Below, piece after piece: positions 55,101 through 63,999 of a stretch of DNA of 64,000 nt. The DNA is from a virus. The stretch covers positions 64,001 to 128,000 of IMG/VR virus record IMGVR_UViG_3300025030_001854; one strand, 5' to 3'. The stretch's first letter is position 1. Every line of letters begins with the position of its first letter. The notes under the pieces were generated by a model. That model saw nothing but the letters and a program-made list of their open reading frames with translations, did not search any database and was not told the DNA's origin. Position numbers and translations under genes: made by a program.

Positions 55101-56908
55101 TAATATCCATATCTATCTTCTAAAACTTGCCACCAATCCAATCCTGCTCCCGATAAAATTTGAATATAATTTTGTCTAAATTGATTATAACTATTATTTG
55201 TAAATAATAAATCAGAAACTTTGCCACTAGTTACGACAAATTTAGTACTAGCTAACCCCTCTTGAACGATAATCTGAGGTTCATTTCCACTAAAAGAAGC
55301 TAATCCACTAGTAAAAATGTCCTGAAATTTTCGATAAAGTTGATTAATAGAAAATTCAAATCTAGGATATTGACTAATAATCCAAGAATATTCTGCCGAA
55401 CCAGTAATTCCAGAATAGTTTGCCCATAAGAAAAACCCTTTATTAAAAGCATACATATTGGAATACTTTTCTTCCATTTGCGCTGTTCTTAATAAGTTGT
55501 CATAAGCAGAAAAACTCCATTTTCCATTGGTATCTAAAGAATCAGGTTCAGTTGATTCTTTGTCGAACTCTAGGGGCTCTGTTTGTTGAGGTAATTCTGA
55601 AGCATTTTCTACTCCGCTCCATGGATAATCAAGAGCTAAAGTTTTACAACTATTAAGAAATCTTGTTCCATAAAAACCAAATTTTCTAATAGCTGCATAA
55701 TAAGGAATATCAAAATGCGTTGATGGGCAGGCATATATAGAAGCTCCGACAGTCCAAGGAAGAAAATCTACCGTATCTGGACATTGACGATTTTGCCAAT
55801 AAGATTTTTCATGAGATAATGTTGGTTGAAAAAGTAATGTTCCTTCACTTGGACTTCTATAAGTTATACCTTCTCTTATTTGGTTGAAGTTATTATAAAA
55901 TGGAATAGTAGAAGCATTATCTTCAAATGTAAAATGCCAATAATGCCAAGGGTCAGCCCCAGCAAAACTTACTTGGTCACCAATACTTCCATATAAAATA
56001 TCAGGAGCTTCAATTAACTGAACCCCATTGGTCCCTTTCCCGACGCTAGTATCTGTTTCCATTAAATTCGCTAAACAAAGAGCGTTATTTAATTTGTTTG
56101 TTTGAGAAGAATAAGAATATTGAGGAATAGGTTTTCCGCTACTATCAAAAGACACGTAATTATAATCTTCGTCACTAGTAGTAGAATATCTTCCGTTAAC
56201 TTTAATATCGAAATTATCTAATGAAGTTGGAATTGGATTCTGGTTATATGGAGTAGTTGCCCCAAGAGCATTAGTTGTTCCTTGAATTAATGAAAATTGA
56301 AATTCATCATAATAAACTTGAACCGCAACAGTACTTTGTGGACATACTTCTTTTGGACTGTATATCGGGGAAAAAGAATTTGCGCTTAATGTATTAGTAG
56401 ATAAAGTTACATCTGAAGCACTTTTAGAAACAATACCAAACATCTCATTATATTCTGTTACAGTTAACGGAGAACAAGAACCCATGTCTAATGCTTGAGT
56501 TGCATCTTGGTTAGCATTAAAAATATTAATGTTTTCTCCATACGGAGGAAGAAAGTATCCTCCTGGATAAAAAGCATTATAGAAATTAAATCCATCATAA
56601 AACGAATCTTTGTCATGCCCAAACCCATGGCATGAACCATAAAGAATAGCTTTATCATAATAATATAAAACGCCAGTCCTATCACTTACTGCTACTTCTG
56701 AAGAAGTAAATTTTCTAGCCACGCCAGATTTTCTATGAACTTTATTATCTAAATATGCTCCAAATGGTGGTTCAAAATTTTCGGTTGGATAAGAAGGACT
56801 TGAAAATTCAAACATCTTTCCCCTGATACCCCTATTATGAATTTTAAAATAAAATCCAGTTAAGATATCATTTTCAACTGTAACCCCAGGAAATTCTCCA
56901 ATTTTCAT
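52166..56908 (-). CDS. very large Cys-rich hypothetical protein with an Ig-like domain, probable virion component
   Basis: 1580 aa; PIFTQQP...G...TLRCSA...LQYKW...YFCLASG..G...S...EL immunoglobulin-like pattern. Confidence 0.62.
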   Translation of the reverse strand: MKIGEFPGVTVENDILTGFYFKIHNRGIRGKMFEFSSPSYPTENFEPPFGAYLDNKVHRKSGVARKFTSSEVAVSDRTGVLYYYDKAILYGSCHGFGHDKDSFYDGFNFYNAFYPGGYFLPPYGENINIFNANQDATQALDMGSCSPLTVTEYNEMFGIVSKSASDVTLSTNTLSANSFSPIYSPKEVCPQSTVAVQVYYDEFQFSLIQGTTNALGATTPYNQNPIPTSLDNFDIKVNGRYSTTSDEDYNYVSFDSSGKPIPQYSYSSQTNKLNNALCLANLMETDTSVGKGTNGVQLIEAPDILYGSIGDQVSFAGADPWHYWHFTFEDNASTIPFYNNFNQIREGITYRSPSEGTLLFQPTLSHEKSYWQNRQCPDTVDFLPWTVGASIYACPSTHFDIPYYAAIRKFGFYGTRFLNSCKTLALDYPWSGVENASELPQQTEPLEFDKESTEPDSLDTNGKWSFSAYDNLLRTAQMEEKYSNMYAFNKGFFLWANYSGITGSAEYSWIISQYPRFEFSINQLYRKFQDIFTSGLASFSGNEPQIIVQEGLASTKFVVTSGKVSDLLFTNNSYNQFRQNYIQILSGAGLDWWQVLEDRYGYYIRDDNGINESFYQSIISGREKRMMTRYMENFIHGNPIDLFPLNHIYFSFDKSKDYLEHTGWSRMPFSWGTNSELPDVKRRFFEGAYGSRGAISGLMDTLATLSFSQNTFYYPGFFNDIRFNKMIPTPSYEPVLSGLILDTLGRKYSPSGWLAIGYNEIGQLDKNFSCFTPIFTQQPLPKVHCKIGQHPTLRCSAVDYHSIPEDKMTTRYPEIAFWCEKLKIFNKNKRNLYPLQYKWHRVKKDKYPEFLSSSNFELTEPSNTGGNWCALEGDSNTCTIIHPLDCSPVYSPENNSEDDYSFIQGTIKDEDSDYYYFCLASGRFGIRMSNPSELIIEDWLRFDVSVKNASNANGDIRVDFEVFDKNDELQIISISPEVYSFIGPYCGYQEDPHAIPESVIEQKIPPPNAGWGDVSAYRFVGSIGYVGATRSYKPSTLTDTRGLRESWGHLLDYGSLIPFSKLLNQQEGNLLYGYKHLPECENYSMPIGKRGIRTMVYFNNYRVTHWTLKQKAVATKDTRKGMKLSSLSTIAELYPPVTNYGELNYPNKGIGHWQWGNNLGSIKRFGKISTVKDRDIQFIGAGAPKNEEASERLLEEAKALIRPTDLAGLNCGYTNNGFGRNMLYYIEAFDRFYILCDPVKKKNVRNETFICPGLRAMNSAIQYFWLGQPNNTYLERRPMYGPYAYQWKVKRHNRDRNGNGISLGFYSMAWGRRFNMMFDAPSIYGLYVKKESSANHVSLVNQINAKRSNLGFMDLPSIRNIWWGKRGTEGTSKPYGDISFSCEENYPGFNSTVCDYVMTASQLAGSPDFSAYSCPPSRLMAGDCFDPCLSMRYGQGFFPGGKAQKLFNYVEENANRQKKKLRLVPIANEKSNGSLIITDELSSKDSDVIFRSPINTPHARITRGMLNVGTSYFPETNTDIVGISPCQDGGSEHCNFITPTLHLGAGHMSSVLVGNITAFNDAQNYASNLYSQFNIRGEEG

Positions 56909-56918
56909 GTAATTTTGT

Positions 56919-56947
56919 TTGACTTTTGCCTTATCTTATGATATTAT
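56919..56947 (+). promoter_or_regulatory. sigma70-type promoter
   Basis: TTGACT-17 nt-TATTAT; implies the downstream gene starts at ATG 56970. Confidence 0.6.
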
Positions 56948-56969
56948 TAATTACACAAGGTTATACATT

Positions 56970-57515
56970 ATGTTTCATATATACCATCCGACTAAAACTA
57001 ATAAGGGGTTTGCCTGTTCATTCTGGTTTTCAATAAGAGAAAAGTGTGTTTTTGCTACTATTGTTAAACAAGCTGGATGGGACGAAAAAGCAGACAACGG
57101 TCTTTTTAAAGCAAGTTTAGAAGACCCAACAAAGCACGTTAATATTAAATTATCAGATATAGAAGTCGGACATATTTTAGAATGTCTAGATAAAAATCGC
57201 GATTTCAAAACATATCATGATAATGAACTGAAACCAAAACATATATCTTTTACTACATGGATGGGAGCCGCTCAAAAAGATGTCTCTGGAGCAGTTATTA
57301 AAGAAGCCTGCCAGCAAGGATTTTCTTTCTCTATCTCTGTAATTGACAAGGAAGACTCTACTAATAAAAATAGTTTCTATATAGGTTTAAATTTTGGAGA
57401 AGCAAGACTGTTAAGAGAGTTTCTATTGTTTGCCCTTCACCATTTCTTTGAAGAAAGAACATCTTTAGCTGCGAATAAAAACAATAATTCAAAGTCTAAA
57501 ACAATAGATATTTAA
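56970..57515 (+). CDS. hypothetical protein
   Basis: MFHIYHPTKTNKGFACSFWF...GL.FGEARLL.EFL; likely start at 56970. Confidence 0.65.
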   Translation: MFHIYHPTKTNKGFACSFWFSIREKCVFATIVKQAGWDEKADNGLFKASLEDPTKHVNIKLSDIEVGHILECLDKNRDFKTYHDNELKPKHISFTTWMGAAQKDVSGAVIKEACQQGFSFSISVIDKEDSTNKNSFYIGLNFGEARLLREFLLFALHHFFEERTSLAANKNNNSKSKTIDI

Positions 57516-57517
57516 TT

Positions 57518-59440
57518 ATGAGTCGCAAAAAAAAGGTTCTAATCCTAACGGACCACCCGTTAGCTAAAACAGGTTTTGGAAGAAATGCAAGAGCTTTATT
57601 GGAGTATTTATATTTAACCAATAAATATGAATTAGTTAATTTGGCTGTTGGCGCAGTTAATTCTCCAGATTTATCGCGCACCCCATGGAAAACTCTCCCA
57701 ACTGTTTTCCCGCCACAATTAGAAGAAATAAAAAAGCAAAATGACCCAAGGGCTTGGGAAAATATAGATAGAATGGCTGGATACGGAGCTTTCTCGGTAG
57801 ACGCTGCGGTTAAAAGCGAAAAACCAGATGTATTTATTGCTATTCAAGATATTTGGGGAATTGATTTCTGCGCCGAAAAAGCATGGTTTCCTAAAATTAC
57901 TGCCGCTTTATGGACGACGTTAGATTCTCGCCCTATTCTTCCAAAAGCTGTTGAAGTAGCTTCTAAAATTAAACATTTTTGGTCTTGGGCTGACTTCGCT
58001 ACGCAAGACCTTCACAAAATGGGACATAAACATGTCAAAACAATTCGTGGAGCGTTAGCTACGAAATTATTTTATAGATTATCTGAGGAAAATAGGAAAA
58101 GTCTTCGAAAACAACATAATATTAATGAAAATACTTGGGTTATTGGTTTTGTGTTTAGAAACCAATTAAGGAAATCGGTTCCTAACCTTTTACAGGGTTA
58201 TAAATTATTTATTGACAGAAACCCTCAAATTAAAACTAAACTCTTATTACATACGAACTGGACAGAGGGTTGGGATATTCCAAAACTTTTAGACGAAAAC
58301 GAAATTAAAAAAGAAAACGTTCTTACGACTTTTGTTTGTCGTTCTTGTAAAAAATACGAAATAAAATCTCCATTAGCAACAGAACAAGATTGTCCTCATT
58401 GTCGAACTGCTAAGTCACAAATAACTACTCATCCTTCATTTGGTATTTCTGAGCAAGAATTAAATGAAGTATATAATCTTATGGATGTTTACTGCCATCC
58501 ATTTACTAGTGGGGGACAAGAAATCCCTGTCCAAGAAGCAAAATTGGCTGAATTGATAACTTTGGTTACTAATTATAGTTGCGGAGAAGATTTGTGCGTA
58601 GAAGAATCTGGGTCTTTTCCATTAGAATGGTCGGAATATAGAGAACCAGGAACTCAATTTATTAAGGCTTCTACATATCCAGCTTCAATAGCCAAACAAT
58701 TAGAAAAAGTATTTAAATTAAAACCCCAAAATAAAAGAGAACTAGAAAAGAAATCTAGGCAATGGGCGATAGATAATTTCGCAACAGAGATAATTGGAAA
58801 ACAAATAGAAGAATTTATTGAATCAGCTCCATTTGCCGAAGATTCTTGTTTTATCGAAGATGTTCCTGCAAAAAATCCAGAGGCAGCCATCCCTGAGATT
58901 AAAGATGATGGGGATTGGCTAATTCATATGTATCACAACATATTAAAGATGCCTATTGGTAAAGACGACCCAGGTTTTTTACATTGGATAGCTCGCATAA
59001 AAGAAGGCGTCCCAAGGATAGAAATAGAAAAATTCTTTAGACATACAGCTACCGTTGAAAATCAAAAAAATCAAATTGCTCCCCTTACTTTTGATTGTCT
59101 TTTAAATAAAGAAGATAAAGGAAGAGTATTAGTTGTTATGCCCGAGAGTGCTGGAGATGTGTTTTTAACGACTTCTATTTTTAAATCTATTAAGGACCGT
59201 TACCCAGATTGGGCCTTATATGTTGCGACAAAGCCCCAATTTAAAGATATTTTAATTGCTAATCCGTTTGTGGATAAATGCCTTGATTATCATCCTATGA
59301 TGGAAAACTTAACTTGGCTTGAGGGAAACTCTTCTCATAATGGATATTTTAATGTCGCATATTTACCCCATGCTCTTACTCAAAGATATATCGCCTACTA
59401 TCATGGTGGAGAAGATAAACTTGATTTAAATTTAAAATAA
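57518..59440 (+). CDS. multidomain GT-B glycosyltransferase (GT4-like with Zn-ribbon insert, GT9-like C-terminal domain)
   Basis: TGFGR, RNQLRK, CRSC..CPHC, LNEVYNLMDVY.HP...GG.EIP..EA; C-terminal VMP.SAGDVFL. Confidence 0.8.
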   Translation: MSRKKKVLILTDHPLAKTGFGRNARALLEYLYLTNKYELVNLAVGAVNSPDLSRTPWKTLPTVFPPQLEEIKKQNDPRAWENIDRMAGYGAFSVDAAVKSEKPDVFIAIQDIWGIDFCAEKAWFPKITAALWTTLDSRPILPKAVEVASKIKHFWSWADFATQDLHKMGHKHVKTIRGALATKLFYRLSEENRKSLRKQHNINENTWVIGFVFRNQLRKSVPNLLQGYKLFIDRNPQIKTKLLLHTNWTEGWDIPKLLDENEIKKENVLTTFVCRSCKKYEIKSPLATEQDCPHCRTAKSQITTHPSFGISEQELNEVYNLMDVYCHPFTSGGQEIPVQEAKLAELITLVTNYSCGEDLCVEESGSFPLEWSEYREPGTQFIKASTYPASIAKQLEKVFKLKPQNKRELEKKSRQWAIDNFATEIIGKQIEEFIESAPFAEDSCFIEDVPAKNPEAAIPEIKDDGDWLIHMYHNILKMPIGKDDPGFLHWIARIKEGVPRIEIEKFFRHTATVENQKNQIAPLTFDCLLNKEDKGRVLVVMPESAGDVFLTTSIFKSIKDRYPDWALYVATKPQFKDILIANPFVDKCLDYHPMMENLTWLEGNSSHNGYFNVAYLPHALTQRYIAYYHGGEDKLDLNLK

Positions 59441-59449
59441 AGAAACCTT

Positions 59450-60655
59450 ATGCATCTTGTAGAAACATACGCTTTACAGTGTGGAGCTAAAATTCATAAA
59501 CCATTCATTTATGAAACGTTTTTTCCTATTCCGATAGAGAAATATATTACTTTTCAGGCTCAATCCCAGCAAAATATAGACGCTAAAAATTATTCTTATT
59601 GGCAAGATGTCATTGACATGATTTATCCTATCCTATTAAAGAATAATATTTCTATATTACAAGTTGGACTTCCTTATGAAGCTCCCTATGGAAGAGTAGT
59701 TGACCTTAGAGGGGCGACATCTATTAATCAATTAGCATATTTAATGAAGGGTTCTTTATTACATTTTGGTCCTGATAGTTTTGGTATTCATTTGGGCTCT
59801 CATTATGATATTCCGATTGTCGCATTATATAGTTCAACTCGTCCAGAAATAGCTGGCCCATATTTTAGTTCTAAAGATAAAACGATTTTATTTAAATGTT
59901 ATGAAAGAGTTGGAAATAAAAAGCCCTCTTATGCATTACAAGAGAATCCTAAATCAATTAATAAAATCTTACCTGAAGAAATAGCTAACGCAATATTAAA
60001 ATTATTAAATATTAATTTCGTTTTACCAATACAGACCGTTCATTTAGGGGATAGGTATTCTAATGTTCTTATCCGAGAGCTAATTCCTAATCATCCATCA
60101 AATATAGGAAATCCTGATTCTCCAGTAGAGGTTCGAATAGATAAATTTTTAGATGAGCAGCTTCTTGCTCATCATTTAAATTATCTTAAAAAGGCAATTT
60201 TAGTTACAGATAAGCCAATAAATTTAAACCTATTACGTTATTTTAAAGGAAATATTCCGACAATAGTATATAAGATTCCAGAATATGATGATATAGAATT
60301 CGTAAGAAACGTTATATCTATCGGAATTCCAATAGTTTTATCTTCTGAATTGCCAGATGACAAACTATTACCTAAAAAAATTAATTACTATGAATTTGGT
60401 CCAATTACCAGAACAGGGGTAATTAATGAAAAAATCAGACAAGAATTACTTCCTAAAATAGACAAATTATATTTTAAATCAAGTAAAATTGTTATTTCTC
60501 AAGGGCAAATTTTCTATTCCTTTTCAGCTTTAGATAATAATACACCTTCTCAAAATAATCAAGAATATCAAAAAGCTGTAGATTCCCCATTATTTTGGAG
60601 AGATTTAGATTTCTATACAATAGTAGAAAAACTTGACACTCCAATAACTACTTGA
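59450..60655 (+). CDS. GT9 (heptosyltransferase)-like protein
   Basis: K.Y.YW, LQVG, DLRG.TSINQLAYL, GPDSFG.HL.....PIVALY. Confidence 0.72.
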   Translation: MHLVETYALQCGAKIHKPFIYETFFPIPIEKYITFQAQSQQNIDAKNYSYWQDVIDMIYPILLKNNISILQVGLPYEAPYGRVVDLRGATSINQLAYLMKGSLLHFGPDSFGIHLGSHYDIPIVALYSSTRPEIAGPYFSSKDKTILFKCYERVGNKKPSYALQENPKSINKILPEEIANAILKLLNINFVLPIQTVHLGDRYSNVLIRELIPNHPSNIGNPDSPVEVRIDKFLDEQLLAHHLNYLKKAILVTDKPINLNLLRYFKGNIPTIVYKIPEYDDIEFVRNVISIGIPIVLSSELPDDKLLPKKINYYEFGPITRTGVINEKIRQELLPKIDKLYFKSSKIVISQGQIFYSFSALDNNTPSQNNQEYQKAVDSPLFWRDLDFYTIVEKLDTPITT

Positions 60656-60661
60656 TATCAT
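60633..60661 (+). promoter_or_regulatory. sigma70-type promoter
   Basis: TTGACA-17 nt-TATCAT, 6 nt before ATG 60668. Confidence 0.6.
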
Positions 60662-60667
60662 AAGTCT

Positions 60668-61459
60668 ATGAATAATTCTCCAGATAATCAATTAACAAAC
60701 GCCCCCGTTTTAGACCCTCTTAAACCAGATAGAGTCATAGGCTGGATTCCTCCAGCCGTCATTTCAAGAAATGATGCTGGACTAATTATTGGGAATAACT
60801 ATATATTTAATCCTGATAATACTATTAATTGGAGGAAAATGATAAAACCAGAGTTTCTGGTTCCGAACAAACAAATTTTTGAAAAACGAAATAAACCAGT
60901 TCCACCGTCAATCGAAGGATTAGATGATAAAGAACTTCTAATCCTATTAGGCGGAATTAAAGAATTAGCTCAATGTCGAGGATTTACTTCTGTTAAATAT
61001 GTCGTTAGCAGCCCAACACCAGAATATGTTATTGCTGTTTGTTCCATTGATTGGATAGCAAATTATGAAACAGAAAATCGACCTATTACTTTTTCTGCTA
61101 TTGGAGATGCTCATCCAAGAAATACGACCAATTTTGGGCAGAATTTTCTTGGTCCTATAGCAGAAAATAGAGCTTTTGTCCGTTGTGTTAGAAATTTTCT
61201 TAAAATTAATATCGTATCTCAAGAAGAAATCGGTGGAACAGTCGCTTTTGAAGAAGACCCAGCATCGACTCTTTTAAAAGATACTATGGAAAAATATGGA
61301 ATTTCCTTCGCAAAAGTCAAAGAAAAACTTGTTGCTGAAAATGTAGAGGGAGCATCATTATTTCAATCTATTTATGATATTCCAAAATTTAAGCAATTAG
61401 AATTAATAGCTCGTATTAAAACTAAAGTTGCCGAAGCTCAAGCAGAAGAAAAAAAATAA
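60668..61459 (+). CDS. putative Rad52-like single-strand annealing protein
   Basis: GG.KELA..RG and GDA.P.N......AENRAFVRCVRNFL.I.IVSQEE resemble the AETRA..RALR signature. Confidence 0.5.
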   Translation: MNNSPDNQLTNAPVLDPLKPDRVIGWIPPAVISRNDAGLIIGNNYIFNPDNTINWRKMIKPEFLVPNKQIFEKRNKPVPPSIEGLDDKELLILLGGIKELAQCRGFTSVKYVVSSPTPEYVIAVCSIDWIANYETENRPITFSAIGDAHPRNTTNFGQNFLGPIAENRAFVRCVRNFLKINIVSQEEIGGTVAFEEDPASTLLKDTMEKYGISFAKVKEKLVAENVEGASLFQSIYDIPKFKQLELIARIKTKVAEAQAEEKK

Positions 61460-61460
61460 T

Positions 61461-62375
61461 CTATCCGCGAACAATATTAGAATATGTAGGGTTGTAGGAA
61501 ATAGTTCCTACAGCCCTTGTTTTTGCTGTCGGAAACTGATTTGGAGTAGTAATAACTAAAGGAATACATTCATTAGTAGCACTTCGTTGTTTATTATCTA
61601 TATTAATATCTTCGTAATCTATTGCCGCCAATGTAATATATGGATAATTATAAAATAGATATCCCCCATTTGAAGAATAAACCGGAGTCACCCCTCCCCA
61701 TGTTCTCGAAAACACTTTCGTTAATATTTCGCTTTTGCTACTATTCGAAGAATTGATAGATAATGCAAATGCTTCATATTGATACTTCTGCAAAAAACAA
61801 CGATAATATCCATTAGAGCCCTCGTATGGTTCTATGGTTTTTTGTCTTAAAGCTAATATTCTATCGCTGTTTCCGGCAAAATATGGAAGAGTCGAACCCT
61901 CTGAGTGCCATGTTCCATATGTAATATTTGGGGAAAAAACTGCTTCGCGAGATAAAAAAATATCACTATTCGCTGGGGTTAATGCTTTTGGAAGTTTTTT
62001 AATTTTAATAGTTTCCCCTAAATAATATGGATTATTTATTCTGGCTATAGATGAAGTGCTATAGTTTCCAGCTAATCCAATACTTACATTACCAAGTGCA
62101 TCAGACCTTCTTTGCTCTGTTGGGGTAGTAAGGGCTCCCTCTACATTAATCCATAAATGTTCTGGACGCTTAACGACAGCTAATGTCCATGGCCAGGAAT
62201 CGGCTGTTAAAATTCTATCTACAGACTCAATCATTACAATAACATATCTGCTAAGAATGTCAAAATGATAATCTTCATCAAGGCCAGGGTCACCATAATT
62301 AGCAATAACGCGAGCTTCTTTTATTTCAGCTTTTTCGTTATTTCTAGTTTTAATTTTTTCTGTATTGTCTGACAT
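61461..62375 (-). CDS. hypothetical protein, probably structural
   Basis: 304 aa, directly downstream of the tail-like gene. Confidence 0.6.
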   Translation of the reverse strand: MSDNTEKIKTRNNEKAEIKEARVIANYGDPGLDEDYHFDILSRYVIVMIESVDRILTADSWPWTLAVVKRPEHLWINVEGALTTPTEQRRSDALGNVSIGLAGNYSTSSIARINNPYYLGETIKIKKLPKALTPANSDIFLSREAVFSPNITYGTWHSEGSTLPYFAGNSDRILALRQKTIEPYEGSNGYYRCFLQKYQYEAFALSINSSNSSKSEILTKVFSRTWGGVTPVYSSNGGYLFYNYPYITLAAIDYEDINIDNKQRSATNECIPLVITTPNQFPTAKTRAVGTISYNPTYSNIVRG

Positions 62376-62376
62376 A

Positions 62377-63999
62377 TTAAAAATCTAAATCTCCCAAAGA
62401 GACAGTCCAAGGATTATTTGTATAAGCCTCAGAACTATAAACCGAATCGAGTTCTCCTTGTGTTAATAAAAATCCGAGGTCATTTCCTTCTGAATAAATT
62501 CCTGTTAAATCATTACGCTTTTTTTTTAAGCTATACGGGTCTGTTGAATAAGAACGTAAACCGGATATAACGTTTGTAATAGAATTTGAATTAAATCCTA
62601 ATGATAAATTAATACCCATTTCTTCTGTAATATCTAATCCATTAAATACTAATTTGATATTAAAATAATTTTCCTCTGGGGGGAGTTCAAAAGCAAATAA
62701 TATGGGAGAGGCAACAGAATAATATAATTGTGGGGTTTCTCCCATTAATCCTGTAAAAATAGACCACTTATTCCAAAAATTATAAGCACCCCCTGACCCT
62801 GTAAACCTCATCTGAAGAGTCCCAGAGGCATTTTGTCCAGTATAAGTATCTGTCAATGAATTTCGTTCGAAATTCATGATTGGTCGTAAACCAGAAGAAT
62901 ATCCCGAACCTAAATTTGTAATATCAATACCTGTTACTTTATAACCCGTTATTCCTGTTCCAAAAGTGCCAGTAGTATATAATACTTCTCCAGTTAAATA
63001 GCCCGCAGCAATATCAATAGCTCCATAAGTATTAAATGGGGAAAACCAACCCTCATTATATCCAGATTTTAATGGAATATCAAAACATCCAGTTCCCCAT
63101 TCCCCCGTATTAATAATTGCTCTTGGAGCCTGAGTATATCCAGAACCAACACCTATTCCTGAATAACCATTAACTACATAAAAGTATTGATTACCCGAAC
63201 CATACACATCTTGAAATAAAACTCTTGTTGTTAGTAATTTTCCCGTGGCCCCCGTCCCAAAATTGCCAATACCAGAAAAATTTATACCCAAATTTCCAGT
63301 ACAACCACTACTAAATAAAAGAGTATTAAAATTTTGTTGGATGCCGGTAACATAATAATATCCGCTAAATTTAACGAAAGGAATATCTAAATATTCTCCA
63401 CTACTCGTTAAAGTAAAACCAGTAATATACACCCCACTATAAGTATTACCATCAATAGGACGGATACCAGATATTCTTCCGGTAATATGAATACCCGAAG
63501 AATCAATATTTCCTAATCCATCTATTTTAGATGCATAATAAGATAATGTAATCGAACTGTTAGTCCCACTATGAAGAAAATTATTTCCTGACCAAGTTCC
63601 CTCAAAAGGAACAAAAGCAATATTTGAATTATTAAATCCAGTTAAATTTTCTATAGAAACATCGAATAATCCGCTTCTCTCAGTTGAAGATTCTAAATTT
63701 TGCTCTCCCTCATTAGCAAATAAAGATAATTTCCATGAAATTTCATTATTTAATTGAGAACTATCATTGTCATTAAATATTAATCTTTCTTGACCTGTCC
63801 CCAAACATCCAATAATCTGATTTCCAGTTAACGACTCTTCCAAAGAATTATAAAATTCTGCTCTATGTCCATAAACCCAAGATACTATATCACTAGAATA
63901 TATTCCTGTTAAAGTCCCATTAATGCGAAATGTTTCTGGCATCGACAAAGAATATGAAAATGGGCTTGATGAGACTTCAACATCACATTGTAAATTCTC
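62377..63999 (-). CDS. Gly/Thr-rich tail or tail-fibre-like protein, 5' end outside the window
   Basis: The frame stays open to the window edge (ENLQCDVEVSSSPFSYSLSM...); repeated TG/SG and GSGY motifs (GVGSGYTQAP, ITNLGSGYSSG). Confidence 0.65.
   Translation of the reverse strand, partial: ENLQCDVEVSSSPFSYSLSMPETFRINGTLTGIYSSDIVSWVYGHRAEFYNSLEESLTGNQIIGCLGTGQERLIFNDNDSSQLNNEISWKLSLFANEGEQNLESSTERSGLFDVSIENLTGFNNSNIAFVPFEGTWSGNNFLHSGTNSSITLSYYASKIDGLGNIDSSGIHITGRISGIRPIDGNTYSGVYITGFTLTSSGEYLDIPFVKFSGYYYVTGIQQNFNTLLFSSGCTGNLGINFSGIGNFGTGATGKLLTTRVLFQDVYGSGNQYFYVVNGYSGIGVGSGYTQAPRAIINTGEWGTGCFDIPLKSGYNEGWFSPFNTYGAIDIAAGYLTGEVLYTTGTFGTGITGYKVTGIDITNLGSGYSSGLRPIMNFERNSLTDTYTGQNASGTLQMRFTGSGGAYNFWNKWSIFTGLMGETPQLYYSVASPILFAFELPPEENYFNIKLVFNGLDITEEMGINLSLGFNSNSITNVISGLRSYSTDPYSLKKKRNDLTGIYSEGNDLGFLLTQGELDSVYSSEAYTNNPWTVSLGDLDF

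Noticed and set aside
1782-62025. Numerous short antisense or out-of-frame ORFs (e.g. 1782+, 5422+, 7412+, 8046+, 9045+, 11383-, 16626-, 31413-, 37883-, 48715+, 54270+, 60965-, 61834+)
   Set aside because: They are shadows of longer genes that have recognisable motifs, and have no motifs of their own.
62517-62530. A9 run (TTA AAA AAA AAG) as a programmed frameshift site
   Set aside because: It contains a slippery heptamer, but both shifted frames stop within a few codons and A-runs are common in this genome.
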